This document shows, piece after piece, positions 47,401 to 60,000 of a stretch of 60,000 bases of DNA. Made by a program: the position numbers and the translations under genes. The notes beneath the pieces were generated by a model. That model was not told where the DNA came from. It did no database searches and saw nothing but the letters and a program-made list of their open reading frames with translations. Origin of the DNA: Laetmonice hystrix (lineage: Eukaryota); assembly GCA_965235115.1 (NCBI GenBank), contig OZ249436.1:20586001-20646000 (forward strand), given 5' to 3'. How positions within the stretch are numbered: the first letter of the stretch is position 1; the number at the start of each line of letters is the position of its first letter.

Positions 47401-47837
47401 ACATGGTACAAAGATTTATCTACAATGTTTTTTTGTGCCAGAGAACATAAAATGACGAGCCATGAGCAGTTTAAAAGATGCTATCTCATCTTTAGAAGCC
47501 GTGTAACGGTTACACAACTCAGCCAGTCGCAGGCCACCTTTGTTAGCGCTCCCTGGTGGTAAATGTTGTCGTTAAGGAGGGTTATCATTCCGTATTACCA
47601 TGGTCCTCACAATGTAATCCGGGAACGCAGCTCGCTTGTATGACTTTAATCTCCTCCTTGTCATATCTGCTGATGTATGGAATTTAAATGGCTTCATAAT
47701 GAGATATTTTTCTCGCTGCCGATGTGCGTTATTTGGTCGAAACTAATCGTGACGAACCTGAAGTCATCCATGGGATTCAGCCAGGCTCGTGGGCGTTCTT
47801 TTTATTCCTGGAGGTGGGTTGTGGTTGTTATCCATTT

Positions 47838-47838
<1 letters not shown>

Positions 47839-47870
<32 letters not shown>
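47839..47870. repeat. (GA)n microsatellite
   Basis: Direct reading. Confidence 0.95.
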
Positions 47871-47873
<3 letters not shown>

Positions 47874-49104
47874 CCCTTTTCCATGAATAGGGTAATTCTA
47901 TGGCTGTAAGAACGGTTGGAAATGCCATAAATATTTTAGTGAAATCATTTTGAAATTTTGATAATCATTTTGAAATTCAAAGACTTCTTGATTACCCTGT
48001 CTTCCCTTTTTCTACCCTGGTTGTTGTCTTCCCTTGTGATTTTTAAAATTTAATAACCAGAAACGAAGCACACCACACTGACACAAAATGGCCTGACCAC
48101 ATGAATTTTGGTACTGCAAATATTGCAGCATCCCAGTTTCTGACAGCTGTGATGTTTTTGCTTAAAACAAAGTCACTGTGTTTCTTTAAGTTTCCTTCAT
48201 TAAGTAAAAGTAAATGAGCAAATGACCCCGACTACTTTAGGGAAGAGAGATGGGAGACAGAGATAGAGAAATAGAGAGATGAGAGAGAGACAGAGAGAGT
48301 TCACTACCAGTTGTACGGTAATGGATAAGATGAGGGAAACACGCTCAAGTATAGCCCATCTATCCCTAATTCTAGATCCAATCATAGGCCTAAACAGGAC
48401 ACACTTTTGGTCTAAAGAAATTAAAAAAAAACATCGCCTCGAAGAAGAAGAATAAGGACATTTTCAATCGACTGACCCAACAGGCTGTCCTCCACATATT
48501 CCCTTAAAGACCTAGAGCTGCCAACATGAAAACATTGTTTTATCGAGCCTTTCCACCTAGTTCTATTCACAAAAGAAAACTTGGTAATAGCGTCTGCAGA
48601 AGCAGTTAACCCAGTTGTTACCCTCAGACCGTAAGAAAATCTGGTAGAAGAATGAGTTGTAGAGCTAGTGAAGTTAATCAACCATCTGGGCCCCAACCGC
48701 TCGCAGAACTGTTCTCTGTCATGGCTGATCTTACAATATATCTGAAGTGATTCGGTTACGTTCAACAGTCGGCTCGGTTCAGCCAACAGTTTCAGACGGC
48801 GACCGGGGTTTCCCGGCGAATCTCCAATAAATCCATGGTGGTTAAAATATAGAGCGCAGGCATATTGATTTTTGGAAATTGTTTTTTTTCCACTCTAAGA
48901 GCTTGGTCTGACCTCGAGTGGCTTCTCTTCGACATTGAAGTAACTCTCTATCAGACAAGGTCCTCGACATGATCGGCGCTTTGAATGTTATACACTTGAA
49001 GGTACATGGTTCGCAGTTGAAAACTGATAGAACTTGGTTTTCTGAGATACGGTACACAATGTGACATATACTCATGACCTTAGATAATGTAAGACAGGTC
49101 CCTA

Positions 49105-49648
49105 AAATAACACGGACATACAGGTGGTAAAGATGTTTATCATGACAAATAACACGGACATACAGGTGGTAAAGATGTTTATCATGACAAATAATACGGA
49201 CATACAGGTGGTAAAGATGTTTATCATGACACGGACATACAGGTGGTAAAGATGTTTATCATGACACGGACATACAGGTGGTAAAGATGTTTATCATGAC
49301 AAATAATACGGACATACAGGTGGTAAAGATATTTATCAGGACAAATAATACGGACATACAGGTGGTAAAGATGTTTATCATGACAAATAACATGGACATA
49401 CAGGTGGTAAAGATGTTTATCATGACAAATAACACGGACATACAGGTGGTAAAGATGTTTATCATGACAAATAACATGGACATACAGGTGGTAAAGATGT
49501 TTATCATGACAAATAACATGGACATACAGGTGGTAAAGATATTTATCATGACAAATAACATGGACATACAGGTGGTAAAGATGTTTATCATGACAAATAA
49601 CATGGACATACAGGTTGTAAAGATGTTTATCATGACAAATAACACGGA
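49105..49648. repeat. 42-bp minisatellite (~13 copies)
   Basis: Unit AAATAACACGGACATACAGGTGGTAAAGATGTTTATCATGAC. Confidence 0.96.
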
Positions 49649-50092
49649 TGTGTTTCTCCTAAATAACCTCACAGATTAAACGGAAACTCATCGTACGATG
49701 ATAATCATGTTTTATTGGTTCTCTTACATAATCAAACGGACTGGTCCGTGATCCGTGTCTGTTCGTAAGAACGAACGGTTTTCATAACAATGGACCACGT
49801 ATATATTGACAATAACACAACAATCCCTTATAAGATTTCTGAATATTAAATATACCAGACAGTTCTGGGCTGACGAAGACTTGCACTCCTCTTATAAACG
49901 GCTCCACTAATCGAGTCACTAATCGAGTGGATTCCTTTGGTTTGGTTTGGTGACGCTGCACGTGTTAAAGTCAACATCTGTGCGTGTTCCTTCATCTCGA
50001 GTTGGTCCGACATGTTGATACTTGGCAGTCTACAGGGATCGATGATCGAACACATACTGCTATAAAGCTGTAAGACATCAGGCATCAGGCAT

Positions 50093-50830
50093 CAGACATG
50101 GGCCTGTACTGACTCGCCTTGTTAGACATGGGGCTATACTGACTCGCCTTGTTAGACATGGGCCTGTACTGACTCGCCTTGTTAGACATGGGCCTGTATT
50201 GACTTCCCTGGTTAGACATGGGCCTGTACTGACTCGCCTTGTTAGACATGGGGCTGTACTGACTCCCCTGGTTAGACATGGGCCTGTACTAACTCGCCCT
50301 GTTAGACATGGGCCTGTACTGACTCGCCTTGTTAGACATGGGCCTGTACTGACTCCCCTTGTTAGACATGTCCTGTACTGACTCGCCTTGTTAGACATGG
50401 GCCTGTACTGACTCACCTGGTTAGACAGTACTAACTCGCCTTGTTAGACATGGGCCTGTACTAACTCGCCTTGTTAGACATGGGCCTGTACTGACTCGCC
50501 TTGTTAGACATGGGCCTGTACTGACTCGCCTGGTTAGACAGTACTAACTCGCCTGGTTAGATATGGGCCTGTACTGACTCACCTGGTTAGACATGGGCCT
50601 ATACTAACTCGCCTGGTTAGACATGGGCCTGTACTGAATCCCCTGGATAGACATGGGCCTGTACTGACTCCCCTGGTTAGACATGTGCCTATACTGACTC
50701 CCCTGGTTAGACATGGGCCTGTACTGACTCCCCTGGTTAGACATGTGCCTATACTGACTCCCCTGGTTAGACATGGGCCTGTAATGACTCCCCTGGTTAG
50801 ACATGGGCCTGTAATGACTCCCCTGGTTAG
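50093..50830. repeat. 30-bp minisatellite (~25 copies)
   Basis: Unit GTTAGACATGGGCCTGTACTGACTCGCCTT / ...CCCTG. Confidence 0.96.
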
Positions 50831-51780
50831 AAATCGCGATGTTTTGGCGAATATAATTATGGTATAACATTCTGTAGCTTGATAACTGTGCAGTCTGTTC
50901 AACAGGTCCAATACCAAACCAAATCTGACCAAAAAATAATGAATCCTTACGAACACGTTCTCCATATTGCAAGGGTTATGTATGTAGTTTTTTGCGTGTT
51001 TCTTTTTCAAAAAAATGGATCGGCATCAGTTCCTAATGACAGCACACATAAAGCAGGACGGGTGGCAGTCATAGATCTCCTACACTAAATCACGTTGACG
51101 TGTAGCATTCGTTGTGAGCTGTCCTAGTGAGACAGAAGGTCAAGTGATCGAGCCAGCAGTGACTGAGAGTTTTCCTGACCAGATCCTGATTAGATGTGCC
51201 GTACGTGACGCTGTCTGACGTGCCCGGCGTGTCTTCAGACCACTGGTCTCGGCACGATCTGTATGGATCAAAAACAACAGGTTCGTCTCATTAGTTCATT
51301 TCTATTCCGTACAACTGATCATCAAGTTCGTTTAGATATTTTGGCTTACAGAGAGCATCAAAAGACCCTACACGGTCGGCTGGGGTAATTTCCGTGGTCT
51401 TGCTATTTTACTGTGATTCTAACTTTGAAATCAAATCCCACTCGGCAGTACTTGCTGGCCATTTTCTTGTTTTTTTTATACTTTCAATTCTAAATCGCAT
51501 TATTTAAATTATTGATTCATTCGTTTGTCCGAGATCATATTTAATACACGAGAAATGGAGATATTGAATGTTTGCCCGACATCTTTTGTTCCCCGTACAC
51601 CCACTTAGAGTTAGTATTTAATTTGATGTTTGATGAAAAGGTAATGGCTGGTACGGTGGACGACTCATATTCATTAGTTTACCCACGGTGCCTGTAGTAT
51701 AGTGCAGTGCTCAGGCATTAATAGGATTTTCCACCAACCAACTTGGTTCACACGGGGCGTTCACCCATCTACAGTCTGCA

Positions 51781-52510
51781 TACTGAGTGTCACAACCAGC
51801 CCATATAGGGGGCTAGTGGAGTGTCACAGCCAGCCCATATGTAGGGGCCTACTCTATCAGGTACTGAGTGTCACAACCAGCCCATATGTAGGGGCCTACT
51901 CTATCAGGTACTGAGTCTCACAACCATCCCATATATAGGGGCCTACTCTATCAGGTACTGAGTCTCACAACCAGCCCTTATGTAGGGGCCTACTCTATCA
52001 GGTACTGAGTCTCACAACCAGCCCATATGTAGGGGCCTACTTTATCAGGTACTGAGTCTCACAACCAGCCCATATGTAGGGGCCTACTCTATCAGGTACT
52101 GAGTGTCACAACCAGCCCATATGTAGGGGCCTACTCTATCAGGTACTGAGTCTCACAACCATCCCATATATAGGGACCTACTCTATCAGGTACTGAGTCT
52201 CACAACCATCCCATATATAGGGGCCTACTCTATCAGGTACTGAGTCTCACAACCAGCCCTTATGTAGGGGCCTACTCTATCAGGTACTGAGTCTCACAAC
52301 CAGCCCATATGTAGGGGCCTACTCTATCAGGTACTGAGTCTCACAACCAGCCCTTATGTAGGGGCCTACTCTATCAGGTACTGAGTCTCACAACCAGCCC
52401 ATATGTAGGGGCCTACTCTATCAGGTACTGAGTCTCACAACCAGCCCATATGTAGGGGCCTACTCTATCAGGTACTGAGTCTCACAACCAGCCCTTATGT
52501 AGGGGCCTAG
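51781..52510. repeat. 47-bp minisatellite (~15 copies)
   Basis: Unit TACTGAGTCTCACAACCAGCCCATATGTAGGGGCCTACTCTATCAGG. Confidence 0.96.
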
Positions 52511-53199
52511 TGATACGTTATCAGGTGAAGCCACTTCCACGTCGTGGTTCAGCGGAACGATAGAGATTAATTGCTCCTCGGGTCCCTAGATCTGTTTGCC
52601 ACTATTACTAGTCTAGTTCATAATTAGGCCTATACACACAATTCTGCAGGTGTAAAATACGCCGTGGAATCCTACGTATGTAATAACATAGATTTAACCC
52701 CTTCCGATTATTACTAATACAAATGTACATAAACGTTGGTGGCAACGACCGCCACACATTCTTTTTCCCGGGCCCGCGCGATAAAATGCCACTGTTAACT
52801 ATTTACCCCATGTATTTTTACTCACTGGCTTGCGACTAAAACATCTCAACTTATGGGAAAAGAAACTGGCGTTTCATACAATCTTTTTGAAGCGTTTGTA
52901 TAACCTGCCCTAATTTGTTTCATATATTTTGCCGACGTTATAATCAATTGTGAAATATGATAATCTGGCCGCGGCTGTCGGCCATTTAATGGAGCAGTCG
53001 TTGCGGCCGTCAGGAACAGGACGGCCCGTTGTTTGCTGAAGGCGCCAATGTCCGCCGACTATTTATGCATCCCGATTCTCATTATACCGAGAAGGCAGGA
53101 AGTAGGCGAGGAACAGATGGACAAGAAAACACTATAGATTCACTGTGTCACACCAACAATATTAATACTACAACTCGTCACTCTCTCACTGGCAATGTA

Positions 53200-53454
53200 A
53201 ATAGTGAACGGTTGTGTTTTATTTTACACTCTCTGAATAGTGAACGGTTGTGTTTTATTTTACACTCTCTGAATAGTGAACGGTTGTGTTTTATTTTACA
53301 CTCTCTGAATAGTGAACGGTTGTGTTGTATTTTACACTCTCTGAATAGTGAACGGTTGTGTTTTATTTTACACTCTCTGAATAGTGAACGGTTGTGTTTT
53401 ATTTTACACTCTCTGAATAGTGAACGGTTGTGTTTTATTTTACACTCTCTGAAT
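53200..53454. repeat. 36-bp minisatellite (7 copies)
   Basis: Unit AATAGTGAACGGTTGTGTTTTATTTTACACTCTCTG. Confidence 0.96.
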
Positions 53455-54554
53455 GCAATTGATGTTGTACGATATTATGGACGTTCTCATATCGCAGTGA
53501 TTAGCAAACAGGCAGTGGTCACGCCGGGCCCCAATCACCATCCGTCAGATACGTGGACGGACCCACTCAATGCGGGCTCGCCTGGCAGACGACACTGTTT
53601 GCCTTTCGCCGACCGCCACTCAATGAGCTCTCATTTGATAAGATTTGACAATGAAGAAAAACCAAGAGAGGCTCTGAGAGAAAATACGAGACGGAGAAAA
53701 AATATGATGTGTAAATATTTATAAATTCTATTAGGCAACAGAGCAAGAAACGTGTTTTGGGTACAACATCATATTTGACCTTACTCATTTAACAAAAAAA
53801 AGTATTCTGGGCTGGACATTCAACGTTACTTCACCGATTAATGGTACATTCAAACCTAGGATCAACCCAGAAAACGTTGGAGAACTTCGTCTCCTCATTA
53901 AAGAGTTAACATACCTTAATTAATCCCCACTTACCTGTCCTATTCCCGAAAATTGTCTAATCGATAACACAACACCCCTATCAAAACCAGGTCGTGTACC
54001 TGTCACATTTTGAATAGGACATGCTGAGCTGTTTGAAATTTGAAATTTTATGCGCTAGGGAATAGGACAGGTAAGTGTGGGGGGGGGGGGTTAAGGTATA
54101 CCGACAGCCATTCCGAGATCTAGAAATCCGTCCTGCGGTTTCATTTTTACGTCGATCAAATATTTCACGAAGGAATAAAACATAATACCTTTGATACTCC
54201 TTGACCTTGATGAAGACCTGGTAAGACAAAGACGAGCTATCAGCGGCAGCCACCTTGACATCCGGTTCGTCTGGCGGGAAAACAAAGGCTGGTCCAACAA
54301 CGTACCTTCAACAACATCACCAACACGTTGTATTCATCAGATGGCATGCCTCCCGCATTACTTCCACAACTAGGATGTAGATGTTGTGTGTAACTGGTGG
54401 CCGTGTAATTCCTTAACCAGTGATGCATACTGGACAATGTACAACTTCACCGTCAACGACAGCGGCTATAATGTAGCTAAACGATGGCACTATGGCTTCT
54501 ATAAGGATAGGCCTACTGACGCTGGATGACTGACTCTAAGCTGTTATCTCCAAA

Positions 54555-54950
54555 CTAGAGTTTTAAGTATGACTTTACAGCGTAAGAAAGCAAAATAATA
54601 AGCATTCCGCATCCACATATGATAAAGAAGGTTGCCCAGATACTACTCCTTCGTATCTCCATATTGAATGTGTTGAATCTTTTTAATGGAGGCTTGGGCC
54701 GACGGCGGGGCACCAATGGACTACAGTTTGCCGGTGAGTTGGCAAGGGCCTGGAAAGGTGGGCCCTTTCCCGGCAGCGCCCCTAGGGAGGATCGGCGCAC
54801 ATCGCTCGACTGCGCCGACCCTTCGAGCCCTGGAAGCGATGGCCGATGTTGTTGCTGGCTGAGGGCTGCCAGATACGCGGCCTGTTCAGCGCTGGCGGTG
54901 GCGCTCGATCGCCTTCTCTGCTCATGACTCGTACGAATAAATGTCCTCAT
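54555..54950 (-). CDS. Small uncharacterised tail-anchored membrane protein, paralogue B (131 aa)
   Basis: accATG start; C-terminal hydrophobic segment IWATFFIICGCGMLIILLSYAV; shares conserved blocks with 39399-39824. Confidence 0.8.
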   Translation of the reverse strand: MRTFIRTSHEQRRRSSATASAEQAAYLAALSQQQHRPSLPGLEGSAQSSDVRRSSLGALPGKGPPFQALANSPANCSPLVPRRRPKPPLKRFNTFNMEIRRSSIWATFFIICGCGMLIILLSYAVKSYLKL

Positions 54951-57038
54951 GGTCCCCTATGGTCCTATCTCCACCTCAGTACCTGCCTGGGTATCGTGTC
55001 CAATTCTACTGATGTATATAGCACTCATAGACTCGGCGGTGGGAGTACGTTAGAACTCTGCAGTGACATCAAATAGAAATCCGACAGCAGCTTCACGGTG
55101 ACAGTATGTAGGCTTGTAGCAAAAAGGCAAATAATATTGCCGCTGGAGAACACACCTGCGGGGTAACCCGATAAGGACAAGCTTCCAATTTCAGATGCCA
55201 GCGTGCGGAACAAGGCATTTCACTATATCTCTCAGTCATGCATAAATGTATATCGTCGTTTAGATCTCTTCAATAATAGATCTTCACACTCTACGGCCGT
55301 CCGTGCTTGCCCTAACTGAATCTACAAGTCACCCCATGGGCGATCACACCGCCAGGGGTTCACAAGTCATTCCCTCCTCGCCAGCCTGGAGCACGTGTGT
55401 GTGTGGGTGTGTGTGCCGAGCTGCGTCACATCCCGCCTCCTCCTGTAGTTTGGTCTGCACGTCACCGGGACGGAAATCCGTCGACGATTTCAACCCTTCA
55501 ACACTAAGAAACTCGTGACCGTATTTTCTCCGCGCCTCCGTTCACGGCGTCGATCTGTTGTCAATACATAGAGTCTACTCCACGATTTAGAATGCTGTTG
55601 ACGGGTCGAAGCGACAGTTACATGGGCAGGCTATTTTCTCGCTTGTCATGAGTGGTTCGCTCTGATTAAGGTCCCAGAAACGATCGATACGACCGTGAAT
55701 AGCAGACGATAGCTCCCACCCGCCCAGGTCCACTGTCACGTCGGCGGTGACCGGCCACATCCCGCGCCGAATGCTGACTCAGACACTGATTCCTCTCTTC
55801 TCCTATCTTATTGGTGTGAATTAACGACGGCAGCCGACGAATACGTAATAGGGACGCGTATTTCCAAGTTGCTGCATTCCTTGCCGGGTGTTAGACGCCT
55901 TGTAGCCTTTCAATATGTCAGCCTGTTGGCTGTTGATGATCACTGACCACCTGGCTGTGGCTGACGTATATCCAGGCGTCAGGCTCGAGGGTCGCGCTGT
56001 CCAAGCAATTTGACAGGCCCCTGCGGAGAGCTTATTCCCTGCGAATAGATTTCGCAGGATCTTTGCCTACTACACGAAAGGTCTCTTGGGGGAAATGGAA
56101 GGCGGAAGTTAATCTCATGGCACTCGGTCGCCAGGGCCGCCGGATTTGAAGGATCTAAAACGTGCCAAACGCGTGTAAGCCTATAGGCCTGCATCAAAGG
56201 CCATTGCTGGCTGGTATCATAGAAGTGTAGAAAAATGAATTTGTAAAACGAGTGCAGGATTAATCATACTAATGAGAATTCAAGATATTATATCCGATAT
56301 AAGGAGGCCGAAACCTCACAGGATTCATAAATCTCTGGCTCATAAATCCCCTTGCTGCCTAAAGCCATATATATCAATCCAATTTGTCTAAATACTACAC
56401 CTAAACTCTCCACGTAAATAGGGTAATTACATAAAACAGACTGCTACTCCAATACCGAAGTAGCAGTGGTTAGCCAATTCAAGAGCGCCAGGACGTATTT
56501 CAACGCCACTGGTTGGTAGCCCGACAAAAGATAAATCGAGAATTAAGCAACGCCCGACGCTGACGCCACTTAGTCCGAGCACGCACCGTCTCCTTCTGGT
56601 GTAATCGCTTTCAGGGATGAGGAAGATGTTATCGTGTTTTAATTTCACAAAAATACGTCAGCTTTTAATAATCGGAGAGCGCCTCATCAATTGAGTGAAC
56701 AAAGCCCGTCTACAGGCAGCAGTGGTACGGATTGCAGACCGCACCATCTCACCAGCCAGTCCGTCCTAGACGGTGGATAAAGTATGATAAATAACATGGA
56801 CCCCTTAAGCTGGGATCCAATTTTCTCACGAGGAGCAGCTAGATACACATTTGCATGTTGTATGAATAGCCTAATTTCGTCTGACAGGTACATGTATCTG
56901 TAAGTTATCAGTGAAAAAAATGTAGTGGGTGCTCTGCATGCTACCCGTAAGTGGAACCATTTCCTAGTAGCGGTTCATCTGTGGCCCTTAAACAATATCT
57001 GCAGACTTTACAAATACAGAGCTTTATGCCGGAGAACC

Positions 57039-57040
<2 letters not shown>

Positions 57041-57129
<89 letters not shown>

Positions 57130-57139
57130 GCAGGCAGGC

Positions 57140-57180
<41 letters not shown>
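57041..57180. repeat. Compound (GA)n-(GACA)n microsatellite
   Basis: Direct reading. Confidence 0.97.
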
Positions 57181-57238
57181 GGGGGAGGACACATACACAA
57201 AGTGTTGATACATTAACAGTTGGGTCTCCTCTAGTTAA

Positions 57239-57775
57239 AGGTAATATGTCACGAATTTCAAATAATACGTCGTGTTTCAGCAAAAATATTTCTGTATTGC
57301 GGTTCTCCGATATGCTCCAAAGGTCCCCTACCTGTTTATGTAGCTTTGGGCGGTATTTTGTAAAAATAAAATCGCCAATTGTTAATTCAGTCACTGAAAG
57401 TGACACATTTAGATTCCGAGACCCCGGGATTTGCAGCCGGCTGTGTTTTGCACCCTTTTCATACCATCGGCGGATGAGCCATTATAGTCCCACTATCATT
57501 TTATAGATTTGTTATTTACTTATTTATTTACTTATTTGTTTATTTATTTATTTGTTATTTACTTATTTGTTATTTACTTAGATGGCGGACTCACCGCACT
57601 TTGCGGACACTGCAGCTAGTTTTATTCATTTGTCCACATTAGGGAGAATTTCACAGCTGTCTATACTCGTAGTATGTGTTAACAGAATCCAGATGAAAAA
57701 CAATCAGTACGTCAGTGGTGAGCAGGTAAGCAGAAAACTAAAGATTTCGGTCGATACCCCCGTGACATATTTCCT
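57239..57775. mobile_element. Kolobok-like MITE (TTAA TSD, ~15-bp TIRs)
   Basis: TTAA|AGGTAATATGTCACG ... CGTGACATATTTCCT|TTAA; contains a (TTTA)n-like tract at ~57507-57580. Confidence 0.7.
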
Positions 57776-58242
57776 TTAAGGGAAGCTTTCGCTAAAAATA
57801 TGGTTTGCTTGATCACAATTTCTCTTTCCGAACAAAGCAATTTATATTTAACCAGCATGGAGGAAGCAGCCGATACAATGGCATTCTTCTCCTCAATGAG
57901 TGTGTGCTATGGTTGCGTGACACTATCAGTTCTTACCACATCCCCGGGCTGTGCGAGAGAAACCGTTCTCTGATCCATGTTAGTCAAATTCTGCAAACCT
58001 CAGCATCATTCCCTTCTACACGCACGACCCTGTGTCTGTGAAGGCGTTGTCTGTACGCTGTTCTGATACGGACCCTATTTAGTAAACTATTTCTACCCCG
58101 ATTTACAATTTTGAAGCTGTAAAACATAAAACCTAACACACGGTGGGTAATCTCTCCTGCCGCCGACTGCCTTGGAAACACACCAGTGACAACATATTCA
58201 TCTTGCTCGGGGGACAGAAAAATCACGTTCACGTATTCAGTC

Positions 58243-60000
58243 ACCAACCCAGGCTAGTGGTGGTATTCCCAGCTCCACACACCACTATCCATCAGTAAAT
58301 GATTTACTCACGGAGCTACCTTACCAACCCAGGCTAGTGGTGGTATTCTCGTGATTCCCAGCTCCACACACCACTATCCATCAGTAAATGATTTACTCAC
58401 GGAGCTACCTTGCCAACCCAGGCTAGTGGTGGTGGTATTCTCGTGATTCTCAGCTCCACACAGCACTATCCATCAGTAAATGATTTACTCACGGAGCTAC
58501 CTTGCCAACCCAGGCTAGTGGTGGTATTCTCGTGATTCTCAGCTCCACTGTGACACCATCCATCAGTAAATGATTTACTCACGGAGCTACCTTACCAACC
58601 CAGGCTAGTGGTGGTGGTATTCTCGTGATTCTCAGCTCCACACACCACTATCCATCAGTAAATGATTTACTCACGGAGCTACCTTGCCTACCCAGGCTAG
58701 TGGTGGTATTCTCGTGATTCTCAGCTCCACACACCACTATCCATCAGTAAATGATTTACTCACGGAGCTACCTTACCAACCCAGGCTAGTGGTGGTATTC
58801 TCTTGATTCCCAGCTCCACACACCACTATCCATCAGTAAATGATTTACTCACGGAGTACCTTGCCAACCCAGGCTAGTGGTGGTATTCTCTTGATTCCCA
58901 GCTCCACACACCACTATCCATCAGTAAATGATTTACTCACGGAGCTACCTTACCAACCCAGGCTAGTGGTGGTGGTATTCTCGTGATTCCCAGCTCCACA
59001 CACCACTATCCATCAGTAAATGATTTACTCACGGAGCTACCTTACCAACCCAGGCTAGTGGTGATATTCTCGTGATTCTCAGCTCCACTGTGACACCGTC
59101 CATCAGTAAATGATTTACTCACGGAGCTACCTTACCAACCCAGGCTAGTGGTGGTGGTATTCTCGTGATTCTCAGCTCCACACACCACTATCCATCAGTA
59201 AATGATTTACTCACGGAGCTACCTTACCAACCCAGGCTAGTGGTGATATTCTCGTGATTCTCAGCTCCACTGTGACACCGTCCATCAGTAAATGATTTAC
59301 TCACGGAGCTACCTTACCAACCCAGGCTAGTGGTGGTATTCTCGTGATTCTCAGCTCCACACACCACTATCCACCAGTAAATAATTTACTCACGGAGCTA
59401 CCTTACCAACCCAGGCTAGTGGTGGTATTCTCGTGATTCTCAGCTCCACACACCACTATCCATCAGTAAATGATTTACTCACGGAGCTACCTTACCAACC
59501 CAGGCTAGTGGTGGTATTCTCGTGATTCCCAGCTCCACACACCACTATCTATCAGTAAATGATTTACTCACGGAGCTACCTTACCAACCCAGGCTAGTGG
59601 TGGTATTCTCGTGATTCTCAGCTCCACTGTGACACCATCCACCAGTAAATGATTTACTCACGGAGCTACCTTACCAACCCAGGCTAGTGGTGGTATTCTC
59701 GTGATTCTCAGCTCCACACACCACTATCCATCAGTAAATGATTTACTCACGGAGCTACCTTACCAACCCAGGCTAGTGGTGGTATTCTCGTGATTCTCAG
59801 CTCCACACACCACTATCCATCAGTAAATGATTTACTCACGGAGCTACCTTACCAACCCAGGCTAGTGGTGGTGGTATTCTCGTGATTCTTAGCTCCACAC
59901 ACCACTATCCATCAGTAAATGATTTACTCACGGAGCTACCTTACCAACCCAGGCTAGTGGTGGTATTCTCGTGATTCTTAGCTCCACACACCACTATCCA
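58243..60000. repeat. ~89-bp tandem satellite (about 20 copies, runs off the window end)
   Basis: Unit CCAACCCAGGCTAGTGGTGGTATTCTCGTGATTCTCAGCTCCACACACCACTATCCATCAGTAAATGATTTACTCACGGAGCTACCTTA; period 89 (59763 and 59852). Confidence 0.97.

Noticed and set aside
48421..49075. Minus-strand ORFs of 121 and 77 aa as a possible gene or transposon remnant
   Set aside because: I found no recognisable motif and could not build a consistent exon chain; left unannotated.
56925..57506. 193-aa ORF with an ER/RQTD repeat
   Set aside because: It is a translation of the (GA)n/(GACA)n microsatellite running into a MITE.
58243..60000. Hammerhead ribozyme in the 89-bp satellite
   Set aside because: The minus strand has CTGATGG rather than CTGANGA and no properly placed GAAA, so the core is incomplete.

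Overview
This is intron-rich eukaryotic genomic DNA, probably from a marine invertebrate animal (inferred from gene content and repeat style). It is not prokaryotic, and I see no CRISPR array, rRNA or tRNA. I reconstructed eight protein-coding genes by hand from splice sites and reading frames: (1) a single-exon BTB/BACK kelch-like protein; (2) TMEM26; (3) a 9-exon uncharacterised gene whose C-terminus matches plant ASCH-domain proteins and resembles bacterial polymorphic-toxin nuclease tips; (4) TEPSIN, head-to-head with gene 3; (5) a plant-type FKBP12 with an AT-AC minor-spliceosome (U12) intron; (6) a divergent PRD-class homeobox gene; (7-8) two convergently oriented paralogues of an unrecognised small tail-anchored protein rich in RRxS sites. 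TMEM26 intron 1 holds a 3.9-kb Mutator/Foldback-like transposon with ~70-bp TIRs, a 9-bp TSD, transposase and PHD-finger exon remnants, and two inverted 50-bp minisatellite arrays. There are also several MITEs (Harbinger-, Kolobok- and Tc1/mariner-like), a Helentron-like repeat and many unrelated minisatellites. All family assignments come from recalled motifs, not database searches.
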